Shown piece after piece: positions 1-8,882 of a stretch of DNA of 64,000 nt. Source of the stretch: an uncultured Alphaproteobacteria bacterium (GTDB lineage Bacteria; Pseudomonadota; Alphaproteobacteria; Methylaequorales; Methylaequoraceae); NCBI GenBank assembly GCA_902522465.1, contig CABYVV010000001.1:90060-154059 (forward strand). The letters are read 5' to 3'. A model generated the notes under the pieces. The model worked only from the letters and a program-made list of their open reading frames with translations. It was not told where the DNA came from and did not search any database. The stretch's first letter is position 1. Each line of letters starts with the position of its first letter. The translations under genes and the position numbers were made by a program.

Positions 1-483
1 TTCAAAAAAGGAGATGTAATATTAATTAATGGTGTAGTAGAAGGGAGTGTTGAGAAAATTGGTTTTAGATCAACTGCCATAAGAAAATTTGATAAATCAT
101 TATGCTTTATACCAAATTATCAATTTGCAGAAAATGCTGTTACTAATATTACTGAAATTTCAAATAGAAGAATTAACTGGATAATTGGTGTGGAATATAA
201 AAGTACTATCAATCAACTGAAAAATATTTGCAATGATATTGAAAAGTTAATTATTTCAAATAAATCGGTTTTTCAAGTATCCGAATCTACACCCGTTATA
301 GTCAAAATAAATGAATTTGCGCCAAGTTCTATAGATTTATTAGTTAGATGCTTCACAAAATCCAATGACTATAACGAATTTGTGGAGGCTAAGGACAAAC
401 TTGCATATGAAATAAAAAAAATTGTTGAAAAAAGAAAATGCTCATTCGCATTTCCATCACAAACAATTTATCTTGAAAAATAA
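1..483 (+). CDS. Small-conductance mechanosensitive channel (MscS family), C-terminal part; the 5' end lies outside the window
   Basis: Frame 1 is open from base 1 (checked codon by codon) to the stop at 481-483. The translation FKKGDVILINGVVEGSVEKIGFRSTAIRKFDKSLCFIPNYQF... matches the MscS beta-domain pattern. The track ORF 190..483 is only the GTG-initiated tail. Confidence 0.8.
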   Translation, partial: FKKGDVILINGVVEGSVEKIGFRSTAIRKFDKSLCFIPNYQFAENAVTNITEISNRRINWIIGVEYKSTINQLKNICNDIEKLIISNKSVFQVSESTPVIVKINEFAPSSIDLLVRCFTKSNDYNEFVEAKDKLAYEIKKIVEKRKCSFAFPSQTIYLEK

Positions 484-490
484 AAACTAA

Positions 491-1522
491 TTAACCAAAA
501 CTTTTAACTTTATTATCAAATGTATTCCACACACCTTCTTTTCCATCCCAACTTCCTGACGTTGCAACCTTGGAGTACTCTGTGGCTCTAGCTTCAAAAA
601 AGTTTGCATGCTCAACTCCATTTAAAATTTCAGTTAACCATGGCAATGGGTGTTCTTTTATCCCAAACATTGGGTTTAAATTAAGTTGCTTTAATCTCCA
701 ATCAGCAATATACCTGATGTAGTTTTTTATATCTGATGGTTCCATTCCTTCTACAGGACCCATCTCAAATGCCAAATCAATGAAATTGTCTTCTAATTCG
801 ACAACTTTTTCACAGCATTCATTAATTTCATTTTTTAACTTAGTTGTCATGCATTTTGTTTCTTTAACAAATTCGTGGAAAAGCTTTACCATTCCCTCAC
901 AATGTAACGACTCATCTCTTACTGACCAAGTTACAATTTGTCCCATTCCTCTCATTTTGTTATGCCTAGGAAAATTTAACAACATTGCAAAACTTGCAAA
1001 TAGTTGAAGTCCCTCTGTAAATCCGCCGAACATGGCAACCGTTTTTGCAATTTCGTGGTTAGAGTCAACAGTAAACTGTTGCATGTAGTCATGTTTATCT
1101 GACATTTCTTTATATTTCAAAAAAGCAGAGAATTCAGTATCTGGCATACCAATAGTTTCTAAAAGCAGTGCATAGGCAGCGATGTGAACGGTCTCTATAT
1201 TTGAAAAAGCCGACATCATCATTTTTATTTCTGTTGGTTTAAAGACTTGCGAATATCTTTCCATATAATTATCGTTTACTTCGACGTCAGACTGAGTAAA
1301 GAATCTAAAGATTTGAGTCAAAAGATTTCTTTCATTATCATTTAACTTTATGACCCAATCTTTGCAATCTTCTCCTAGCGGAACCTCTTCAGGCATCCAA
1401 TGAACTTGTTGTTGTCTTTTCCAAAAGTCATAAGCCCAGGGATATCTGAATGGTTTGTAAGAATGTGAGGGTGTTAACAGACCAGGTGTTTTTAGTATAT
1501 TTTTTTTTTCATTTCCATCCAT
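491..1522 (-). CDS. nrdB: Ribonucleoside-diphosphate reductase beta subunit (class I R2)
   Basis: 343-aa ORF with ferritin-like R2 signatures: IETVHIAAY (Glu-x-x-His, with Tyr at +7 as in class Ia) and RDESLH. It lies 33 nt downstream of nrdA on the same strand. Confidence 0.95.
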   Translation of the reverse strand: MDGNEKKNILKTPGLLTPSHSYKPFRYPWAYDFWKRQQQVHWMPEEVPLGEDCKDWVIKLNDNERNLLTQIFRFFTQSDVEVNDNYMERYSQVFKPTEIKMMMSAFSNIETVHIAAYALLLETIGMPDTEFSAFLKYKEMSDKHDYMQQFTVDSNHEIAKTVAMFGGFTEGLQLFASFAMLLNFPRHNKMRGMGQIVTWSVRDESLHCEGMVKLFHEFVKETKCMTTKLKNEINECCEKVVELEDNFIDLAFEMGPVEGMEPSDIKNYIRYIADWRLKQLNLNPMFGIKEHPLPWLTEILNGVEHANFFEARATEYSKVATSGSWDGKEGVWNTFDNKVKSFG

Positions 1523-1555
1523 TTTAATGCTCCTTTTTTATTTTTTAAGTTAACC

Positions 1556-3418
1556 TTATTGACATGACAGACATTCTTCATAATCAGTTTTTTGTTCTAC
1601 CATATTTTTTTTTGGCCATTGTTTAGTATTATCAGCTTCAACGCCTGCGTAACTTGCTCTTTGAATTGATTTAGATCTGCAGTAATATAAACTTTTAATT
1701 CCAAGCTCCCAAGCTTTCCAATGTAGCATCATTAAATCCCATTTATCTATATCGGCTGAGAGGTATAAGTTTATTGATTGGCTCTGACAAATGTATGGAG
1801 TTCTGTCTGCTGCCATTTCAACAATCCATCTTTGGTCTATCTCAAAAGCAGTTTTATAAACCGCCTTTTCATCTTCATTTAATTCCTCAATATGGGAAAT
1901 TGATCCATCGTTTTCTAAAATACTCTGCCAAATTTTTTCGTTATTGAGGTTTTTGCTTTCTAATAGAGCTTCAAGATATTTATTTTTAACAGTAAAAGAT
2001 CCTGAAAGAGTTTTATGAGTGTAAATATTTGCAGGTATAGGTTCAACACAGGCACTTGTGCCACCACAGATGATACTGATTGATGCTGTTGGTGCGATTG
2101 CTAACTTATGACTGAACCTTGCTTTAACTCCCATTTCATGAGCATCAGGACAAGCACCTTTTTCCATTGCCAAAATTAAGGATGCCTTGTCCGCTTCTTT
2201 TTTTAGATGCTTGAAAAATTTAGTATTCCAACTCTTAGCCACAGCACTTTCGAATGGAACCCCTTTTTTTTGCAAAAAACTATGAAAGCCCATTGCTCCA
2301 AGACCTACCGATCTCTCCATTTTTGCAGAATAAATAGCATTCTTCATGGAGTCAGGAGCTTTATTGATAAAGTCTTGTAGTACATTGTCTAGAAATCTCA
2401 TGATATCTTCAATAAATTTCGTATCTTTAGACCATTCATCCCATTTCTCTAAATTAACAGAGGATAGACAACAAACTGCTGTCCTCTCTTTGCCGTGATG
2501 ATCTAAGCCAGTATGAAGCATTATTTCGCTACATAAATTTGAGGTTTTGACATTCATACCAAGTTTTCTCTGGTGCTTAGCCATATTCTTATTTACAGTA
2601 TCCATAAAAACTAGATACGGTTCTCCAGTTTGCATTCTGGTTTCTAAAATTTTCTGCCAAAGTTCCCTTGCATTGACTTTCCTTAAAGTTTCATTTGTTT
2701 TTGGACTTTTTAAACAAAATTCTCTATTGTGTTTTACACATTCCATAAATTCGTCAGTAATGTTTATACCGTGATGAAGATTTAAACTTTTTCTGTTAAA
2801 GTCACCAGAAGGTTTTCTTATTTCTAAGAATTCTTCGATTTCTGGATGATGAATATCAAGATAACAAGCTGCAGATCCTCTTCTTAGCGATCCCTGAGAA
2901 ATTGCTAAGGTCAATGAATCCATTACTCTTACAAATGGAATGATTCCTGAGGTCTGACCTGATTTTTTTACTGTTTCACCAATCGATCTTACTTCACCCC
3001 AATATGTTCCGATACCACCACCGTTTGATGCTAGCCAAACATTTTCACCCCACGTTGACAAAATTCCATCCAGACTGTCATGTACAGTGTTTAAAAAACA
3101 TGAGATTGGCAAACCTCTTTTCGCTCCTCCATTTGAAAGGATTGGAGTTGCAGGCATAAACCATAATTTAGAAATATAGTCATAAATTCTTTGAGCATGA
3201 GAGTCATTATCGCTGTAGCTTTGAGCAACTCTCATAAACATATCTTGAAATCTTTCGTTGGGTAACACGTACCTGTCGTTTAGAGTGGCTTTTCCAAAAT
3301 CTGTCAAAAATCTATCTCTTGTGTGATCTATTTCTAGTCTTTTTTGGCTTTTATTAATTTTTTTCTCATCTAGTTTCTCTTCCACTAGATTCAAAACGTT
3401 TAAATTAGATTGATTCAT
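1556..3418 (-). CDS. nrdA: Ribonucleoside-diphosphate reductase alpha subunit (class I R1, short form without a long N-terminal extension)
   Basis: 620-aa ORF with the catalytic motif SNLCSEI, the CCLSSVNL region and a C-terminal redox cysteine pair (CLSCQ). Confidence 0.95.
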   Translation of the reverse strand: MNQSNLNVLNLVEEKLDEKKINKSQKRLEIDHTRDRFLTDFGKATLNDRYVLPNERFQDMFMRVAQSYSDNDSHAQRIYDYISKLWFMPATPILSNGGAKRGLPISCFLNTVHDSLDGILSTWGENVWLASNGGGIGTYWGEVRSIGETVKKSGQTSGIIPFVRVMDSLTLAISQGSLRRGSAACYLDIHHPEIEEFLEIRKPSGDFNRKSLNLHHGINITDEFMECVKHNREFCLKSPKTNETLRKVNARELWQKILETRMQTGEPYLVFMDTVNKNMAKHQRKLGMNVKTSNLCSEIMLHTGLDHHGKERTAVCCLSSVNLEKWDEWSKDTKFIEDIMRFLDNVLQDFINKAPDSMKNAIYSAKMERSVGLGAMGFHSFLQKKGVPFESAVAKSWNTKFFKHLKKEADKASLILAMEKGACPDAHEMGVKARFSHKLAIAPTASISIICGGTSACVEPIPANIYTHKTLSGSFTVKNKYLEALLESKNLNNEKIWQSILENDGSISHIEELNEDEKAVYKTAFEIDQRWIVEMAADRTPYICQSQSINLYLSADIDKWDLMMLHWKAWELGIKSLYYCRSKSIQRASYAGVEADNTKQWPKKNMVEQKTDYEECLSCQ

Positions 3419-3445
3419 TTAAATTCCCTACCTTAAGAGTTACAA

Positions 3446-3461
3446 ACACAACATATAGTAA
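3446..3461 (-). promoter_or_regulatory. NrdR-box-like operator 1 upstream of nrdAB
   Basis: On the gene strand it reads TTACTATATGTTGTGT, matching 13/16 positions of the published NrdR box consensus acaCwAtATaTwGtgt. It lies 28-43 nt upstream of the nrdA start. Confidence 0.6.
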
Positions 3462-3476
3462 TAAAAGTATAATTAT

Positions 3477-3492
3477 TGTCAACCTATAGTAT
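3477..3492 (-). promoter_or_regulatory. NrdR-box-like operator 2 upstream of nrdAB
   Basis: On the gene strand it reads ATACTATAGGTTGACA, about 10/16 matches to the NrdR consensus. Its centre is 31 bp from box 1, the tandem spacing of about three helical turns typical of NrdR sites. Confidence 0.45.
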
Positions 3493-3512
3493 TAAGTTTT
3501 TTATTTTTTTTA

Positions 3513-3589
3513 TGGCGTGCCCGGAGAGAGTCGAACTCCCAACCTTCTGATTCGTAGTCAGATGCTCTATCCAATTAAGCTACGGGCAC
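3513..3589 (-). tRNA. tRNA-Arg (anticodon ACG)
   Basis: The reverse complement GTGCCCGTAGCTTAATTGGATAGAGCATCTGACTACGAATCAGAAGGTTGGGAGTTCGACTCTCTCCGGGCACGCCA folds as a cloverleaf. It has a 7-bp acceptor stem, anticodon loop CTACGAA, T-loop TTCGACT and an encoded CCA. Confidence 0.95.
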
Positions 3590-3747
3590 TTTTATTACTA
3601 AATTTTTATAAAAACAATTTTTATTATAGTTAAAATTAAAATATTAAACTTATATAAAATTTTTTTTTGTTTATTTTAATATTTTTATAGGCTATAAATT
3701 AAAAAATCGAACTTTAGTTAATAATATTATTTATACGCGTAGAAAAC

Positions 3748-4923
3748 ATGATTAAAACACATCTTAAATATTTTGCACTAGCTTTAATTTTTAGCTGCTA
3801 TTCTTGTACAGGGGTTCAAGAATATGTATTCCCATCATTATCTGATGAAGAAGTTGCAGCACCCCCGGCTCTTGAAGACGTGCCAACAGCAGTCGAAGAT
3901 ATAAACCAGCAAGCTAATGCGCAAGAAATACCACCATCTCAATATGCCCCTCCACCAACAATGACTGCACCACAGGTCGTAAATGATACAGGACCAACTG
4001 GAACCTTCGTTGGCGGAAAAATTAACCAATTCAGAGCAGATCTTACCAGCATACAGAATGCTATTTCATCACACAATAATGATTTCTTAAGATTTAAAGA
4101 CTTGGTTGACGAACAAACATCTGTTTACCAAGGTCTTTCGAGTGCAATAAGATCCAGATTGCAGATTGGTACCACACCTGGAAACCCAATTTTAGTTGGT
4201 CAATGGAATGATGCCCAACGAGCCCTGGAAGATATTCAAAATAATGTAAACAACCTACAAATCGTCAATAACAGGGTTACAGCTGATGCTGCTTTGATTG
4301 GTCACTTGAAAAATGCTATTGACTCAAGTTTTTTTATATCTGGAGCGATTGATGAAGATCACAATCAGCTTAAGGTTTTAAAAGACGATGTCCAAAGAAC
4401 ATCTGTACTCTATGATCGTCTGATGACCGAACTTGAAGATAAAATTTCTAGAGAAATTCAAATATTGAATGATGAAAGACAATATATGAAGCAACTTGCT
4501 GAAGATGTTGAGATTGGAAAGTTTGGAAGCAAAGTTAGTGCTCCTCCAACTCAATCAGGTAGAGGTGATATTCAAAGTACAGACTCAACTGAAACACCAA
4601 CTCCGCAGCAAATTAAAGTTGCTCCCATAAATTATGACAACGCTATACTTGTTATTAAATTTGATGATTCAAATTTTGACTATTCAACTGCATTGTTCGA
4701 GTCCATTTCTGGTGCCCTAGAGCAGATGCCATCTGCTGGTTTTGAAGTTGTTGCAGTTAGTCCAGCCGGCGGTTCTAGCTACGCCGATCAAGCGAGAAGC
4801 AGAGCATCGGAAGTATTTTCGAAAATCGTAGAGATGGGAGTTCCTACTGAAAGACTTTCAATTGCTTCCTCCACCAGTTCTTCTGCACAAGCAGAAGAAG
4901 TTCATATTTATCTCAAAAACTAA
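3748..4923 (+). CDS. Hypothetical lipoprotein with a Pro-rich linker, a coiled-coil centre and a degenerate OmpA-like C-terminus
   Basis: 391-aa ORF. The N-terminus MIKTHLKYFALALIFSC has a signal peptide plus a lipobox-like Cys. A Pro-rich segment (PPSQYAPPPTMTAP) follows, then a long heptad-like Q/N/L/E-rich region. The C-terminus FEVVAVSPAGGSSYADQARSRASEVFSKIVEMGVPTERLSI resembles the OmpA_C/Pal layout. Confidence 0.6.
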   Translation: MIKTHLKYFALALIFSCYSCTGVQEYVFPSLSDEEVAAPPALEDVPTAVEDINQQANAQEIPPSQYAPPPTMTAPQVVNDTGPTGTFVGGKINQFRADLTSIQNAISSHNNDFLRFKDLVDEQTSVYQGLSSAIRSRLQIGTTPGNPILVGQWNDAQRALEDIQNNVNNLQIVNNRVTADAALIGHLKNAIDSSFFISGAIDEDHNQLKVLKDDVQRTSVLYDRLMTELEDKISREIQILNDERQYMKQLAEDVEIGKFGSKVSAPPTQSGRGDIQSTDSTETPTPQQIKVAPINYDNAILVIKFDDSNFDYSTALFESISGALEQMPSAGFEVVAVSPAGGSSYADQARSRASEVFSKIVEMGVPTERLSIASSTSSSAQAEEVHIYLKN

Positions 4924-4924
4924 C

Positions 4925-5794
4925 TCATTTTTTCAACAATCTACCTTCTGATAATTTATATCTTCCAACAATACCGATGTTATCAATTAATCTAACTTTA
5001 TGGATTTTGGCACTAATAAAAACTCTACACTTACTAAAAGTAAAATCCATATTTTCAAGATTTGTTTCTTTTAACACTTCAATATAATTTAGTTTAAGAA
5101 TATCTTTATTTTGAAGTAATTTTCTGATTTTTTCTAATTCAGAATAGTAAAAATTTCCACTTTCAATTAATTGTTTAATTTTAAAAATAGTATTAGGTAA
5201 AATTTTAGCTTCGATTAGATTTTGTTTTAATAATTCGTTTCTTGATGATAATGCTATTTTATTTTCATCGCGTACAGTTTTGACAATCTTTACTTTTGTT
5301 GAATAATTATAGTCTTTAATAATCTTTTTTATAATGAGTAATTGTTGAAAATCTTTTTCTCCAAGAAATATATTGTCAGGTTTTAAAACTTCCAGAAACC
5401 TCAAGATTACAGTTCCAACTCCTTCAAAGTGTCCTTTTCTTTCAATCCCACATAGTTTATTGGAGATATCTCCGAGTTTAAGAACATCAGAATTTTTAGG
5501 TATAAAATCTAAATTTGGTAGAAAAAGCAGATCAACAGACTCATTTTGGAGAAGTTTTTTGTCTTTTTCTGATGTTCTAGGATAAGTGTGATAATCTTTT
5601 TTATCATTGAACTGCAAAGGATTTATAAAAATACTCACTATTACCTTATGGGTTTGTTTTTTTGCTTTTCTTATTAAACGCAAATGACCTTCATGTAAAT
5701 TCCCCATTGTGGGGATAAAACTAATTTTTTGTCTTAAATCTCTTATCCGTAAAACGTAATCTAATAATTCTACATTATTTCTTATCAGTAGCAT
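4925..5794 (-). CDS. panC: Pantoate--beta-alanine ligase
   Basis: 289-aa ORF with the PTMGNLHEGHLRLI (HIGH-type) motif. It overlaps panB by 10 nt. Confidence 0.95.
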   Translation of the reverse strand: MLLIRNNVELLDYVLRIRDLRQKISFIPTMGNLHEGHLRLIRKAKKQTHKVIVSIFINPLQFNDKKDYHTYPRTSEKDKKLLQNESVDLLFLPNLDFIPKNSDVLKLGDISNKLCGIERKGHFEGVGTVILRFLEVLKPDNIFLGEKDFQQLLIIKKIIKDYNYSTKVKIVKTVRDENKIALSSRNELLKQNLIEAKILPNTIFKIKQLIESGNFYYSELEKIRKLLQNKDILKLNYIEVLKETNLENMDFTFSKCRVFISAKIHKVRLIDNIGIVGRYKLSEGRLLKK

Positions 5795-6570
5795 TGTTTC
5801 TTACTGGGATATTTTTTTGTATTTACGTCATTTGTGAATTTTTTTAATGATTTCTGAGTTAGTTCAAAAAAATCAAAATACTTTTTTGTAAACTTTGAAT
5901 CGAATTCAGTCATACCTAGAATATCCTCTGTAACAACTATTTGTCCTTTACAAGTTGATGATGCTCCAATTCCAATCAAAGGTAATTCAGAAAATTTTAC
6001 TAACTGATCAACTAAACTTTTCAAAGTACACTCAATTACAACAGCAAATACTCCAGCTTTTTCAAGTAGACTAATATCCTTAAATATTTGATTTTTCTCC
6101 GATTGCTTTTTTCCATAAACTTTTGGTTTTCCAAAATTTGATTGTGGAAGCATTCCCAGATGACCCATTACTTTAATTTTATTATTCGTTAGATACTGAA
6201 TAGTTTTGTGCAATTTTTCTCCACCTTCTAACTTTACGGCATTAGCGCCAGTTAATGAAATTATTTTTTTTGCATTCTTTAAAGCTTCTCTTTTCGATTT
6301 TTCGTATGTTCCAAATGGCATGTCAACAACTACAAAAGAATTCTTGGTGTTTTTGACAACAGATCTTGCGTGTAAAATCATCATTTCCAATGTTACATCT
6401 CTTGTTGATTTTAAACCATAAATAACAGGTCCTACAGAATCTCCAACAAGAATGATATCTGCATATTTATCAACCAATTTTGCAATTGGAACAGTATATG
6501 CCGTTAAACACAAAATAGATGGTTTACCTAAAATTTTAGTTAATGATTTATTTTTTAATTTTTTATTCAA
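5785..6570 (-). CDS. panB: 3-methyl-2-oxobutanoate hydroxymethyltransferase
   Basis: 261-aa ORF with PanB motifs ILVGDSVGPVIYG and AVKLEGG. Confidence 0.9.
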   Translation of the reverse strand: MNKKLKNKSLTKILGKPSILCLTAYTVPIAKLVDKYADIILVGDSVGPVIYGLKSTRDVTLEMMILHARSVVKNTKNSFVVVDMPFGTYEKSKREALKNAKKIISLTGANAVKLEGGEKLHKTIQYLTNNKIKVMGHLGMLPQSNFGKPKVYGKKQSEKNQIFKDISLLEKAGVFAVVIECTLKSLVDQLVKFSELPLIGIGASSTCKGQIVVTEDILGMTEFDSKFTKKYFDFFELTQKSLKKFTNDVNTKKYPSKKQCY

Positions 6571-6594
6571 ATTTTTCCTTTAAACTTTTATTTA

Positions 6595-8316
6595 ATGAAA
6601 TTTGTAATAATTTATACTTTGATCATGAAAAAAAAAATCATTTTTTTTCTTTTAATATATTATTTATTTTTCCCTGGTTTAGCTTATTCTAAAGATATCA
6701 ATCCCACCATACAGCCAGAACCTTCTTCTGAAAAAGAAAAACTAAATAAATACAAATTTGGAAAGTTTAAAAACTTTGTCATTGTTACCGCCAATGATTA
6801 TGCAACAAGAGTAGGTTATCAAATTATTAAAAAGGGAGGTACCGCAGCTGATGCTGCGGTGGCCATACAAATGATGCTTGGCCTCGTTGAACCTCAATCT
6901 TCTGGACTAGGGGGTGGAACCTTCATTACTTACTATGATCAAAAAACCAAAAGAAAACATAGCTTTGAAGGAAGGGAAAAGGCCCCTCAAAAATTAAAAA
7001 ATGATATATTTTTAAATGATGATGGAAGGCCAAAGAAATTTTTTGATGCGGTTATTGGTGGGTCATCTGTAGGAGTTCCTGGAACATTAGATGCACTCTA
7101 CAAAGTTCATCAAAAATTTGGAAAACTCTCATGGAAAGAAGTAATTGAACCCGTGATAAGATTTTCTGAAGAGGGATTTATACCATCGAATAGATTAATA
7201 AATGCTTTAAAAAAAGAGAAATATTTATTTGAAATTTATCCTGAATCTAATTTTAAAAAAATTGTAGAAGAACCTAAAAAGAAATTTTTTAACAGGGAGT
7301 ACACATCGACGTTAAAAAAATTATCAGAAAATTATAAAAGTTTTTACAACACAAAGATTGCAGAAGATATTGTGAAAATAACAAATCAATCCAACAGCCC
7401 AGGTGTTTTAAATCTCAATGATATGAAAAATTATAAATCTATACACGAAAAAGCGCTCTGTCATAAATTAACCAATAATTATGAAGTTTGTGGTCCTAAC
7501 TTACCTTCATCAGGAACAATTTGTGTGGTTCAAAGTTTGATTTTATTCGAGCAAATCTTTGCTGAACAAATTAAATCAAATTCTTCATTTTCTCCAGATC
7601 TTAATAAAGTATTAGAAATATTGGATTTTGTTTACTTTTTAAGAGATAGATATCTTGGTGATCCTAATTATGTCTATATTAATAAACAGAGATTATTTGA
7701 CAAAGATTTTTTGTTTAAAAACTTTAAGTCTTTTAAAAAAGATTCCAAAGTCTCAAGTATTCAAAATATTGATGAAATTCTCAATTCTACATCTCATTTT
7801 AGTATTGTTGATAAATCTCAAAATGTATTATCTGCCACCTCAAGTATTGAAAGTTCATTTGGTTCTAGGTTATTAACAAATGGATTTTTCCTAAACAATC
7901 AATTAACAGATTTCTCTTTTAAAATTAGAGATGATGAAGGAAATCTGATAAAGAATAGACCGGCTGCAGGAAAAAGACCATTGAGCTCAATGTCTCCCTT
8001 GATAATATTTGACGAAAACGAAAATTTTTTAATGACACTAGGATCTCCAGGCGGTAAAGCAATTATTTCTTATGTATTTAAATCTTTAATTTCTATTCTT
8101 TACAGCAATAGTAACATTAAAGAAGCAATTGAAGACCCAAATTATATTAAAATTAGAGGTAAAATATATATTGAAGACGAGAAATTAAATAACAAATTAG
8201 CAATTAAAGGTGTTAAAAGGAATCTTACAAGTGGTTTAGGAATAATTTTTAAAGAAAAGGAACGATATCTAGCTGGAGCAGATTCGAGAAGAGATGGAAC
8301 AGTAAGAGGAAATTAA
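6595..8316 (+). CDS. ggt: Gamma-glutamyltransferase
   Basis: 573-aa ORF with a signal peptide, the autoprocessing Thr context NSTSHFSIVD and the GSPGG motif. The true start may be the ATG at 6625 (MKKKIIFF...). Confidence 0.9.
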   Translation: MKFVIIYTLIMKKKIIFFLLIYYLFFPGLAYSKDINPTIQPEPSSEKEKLNKYKFGKFKNFVIVTANDYATRVGYQIIKKGGTAADAAVAIQMMLGLVEPQSSGLGGGTFITYYDQKTKRKHSFEGREKAPQKLKNDIFLNDDGRPKKFFDAVIGGSSVGVPGTLDALYKVHQKFGKLSWKEVIEPVIRFSEEGFIPSNRLINALKKEKYLFEIYPESNFKKIVEEPKKKFFNREYTSTLKKLSENYKSFYNTKIAEDIVKITNQSNSPGVLNLNDMKNYKSIHEKALCHKLTNNYEVCGPNLPSSGTICVVQSLILFEQIFAEQIKSNSSFSPDLNKVLEILDFVYFLRDRYLGDPNYVYINKQRLFDKDFLFKNFKSFKKDSKVSSIQNIDEILNSTSHFSIVDKSQNVLSATSSIESSFGSRLLTNGFFLNNQLTDFSFKIRDDEGNLIKNRPAAGKRPLSSMSPLIIFDENENFLMTLGSPGGKAIISYVFKSLISILYSNSNIKEAIEDPNYIKIRGKIYIEDEKLNNKLAIKGVKRNLTSGLGIIFKEKERYLAGADSRRDGTVRGN

Positions 8317-8377
8317 TAAATAATTTTACAAATTTTAAATAGTAGTATAATTATAATAAAAATGATTTGAGATTAAT

Positions 8378-8512
8378 ATGAAAAGAACGTTTCAACCAAG
8401 TAACCGAGTCAGAAAAAATAGACATGGTTTTAGATCAAGAATGTCCACCCCTGGTGGTAAAAAAGTCATTGTTAGAAGAAGACAAAAAGGAAGAAAAAAG
8501 CTTTCTGCCTGA
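8378..8512 (+). CDS. rpmH: 50S ribosomal protein L34
   Basis: Not in the ORF track because it is under 60 aa. Hand translation gives [44 protein letters not shown] then TGA. It occupies the canonical position upstream of rnpA-yidC. Confidence 0.95.
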   Translation: MKRTFQPSNRVRKNRHGFRSRMSTPGGKKVIVRRRQKGRKKLSA

Positions 8513-8837
8513 TAAAATCCTGACTTTAAAAAAAAGGTCGGAGTTTCTTTTTATCAGAAATTCAGGCAAATCGCTTTTTTGTAAATATTTTATTGTTAAC
8601 TACCATTTAGAAGAAACTCAATCTATAAGAATCGGTCTTACAGTTTCAAAAAAAATTGGGAATTCTGTGAAAAGAAACTATGTAAAAAGAGTAATCAGAT
8701 CTATAATAAGAAATAACATTAAAAAAATCTCCGTAGGAATTTCACTTGAAATTATTCCCAAAAAAAACCTAGATAAAGTAAAATACAATGAGTTGGAAAT
8801 TGATTTAATAAAAGCCTTCAAAAATTTAAATATTTAG
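8505..8837 (+). CDS. rnpA: Ribonuclease P protein component (start codon uncertain)
   Basis: The translation ...[18 protein letters not shown]...[22 protein letters not shown] matches the RnpA pattern (KKxGxAVxRNxxKR). The only ATG of the ORF (8424) lies inside rpmH in another frame. I placed the start at the CTG at 8505, with ATC 8517 and CTG 8520 as alternatives. Confidence 0.7.
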   Translation: MPDKILTLKKRSEFLFIRNSGKSLFCKYFIVNYHLEETQSIRIGLTVSKKIGNSVKRNYVKRVIRSIIRNNIKKISVGISLEIIPKKNLDKVKYNELEIDLIKAFKNLNI

Positions 8838-8882
8838 ATATATTAAAATAAAATTTTCTCACTATTGATGTAATTTTCGCTC

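Noticed and set aside
8317-8377. A sigma-70-like promoter (TTTACA-N15-TATAAT) upstream of rpmH.
   Set aside because: The spacer is only 15 nt, and hexamers of this type occur by chance throughout DNA of about 30% G+C. It is not reported as a feature.
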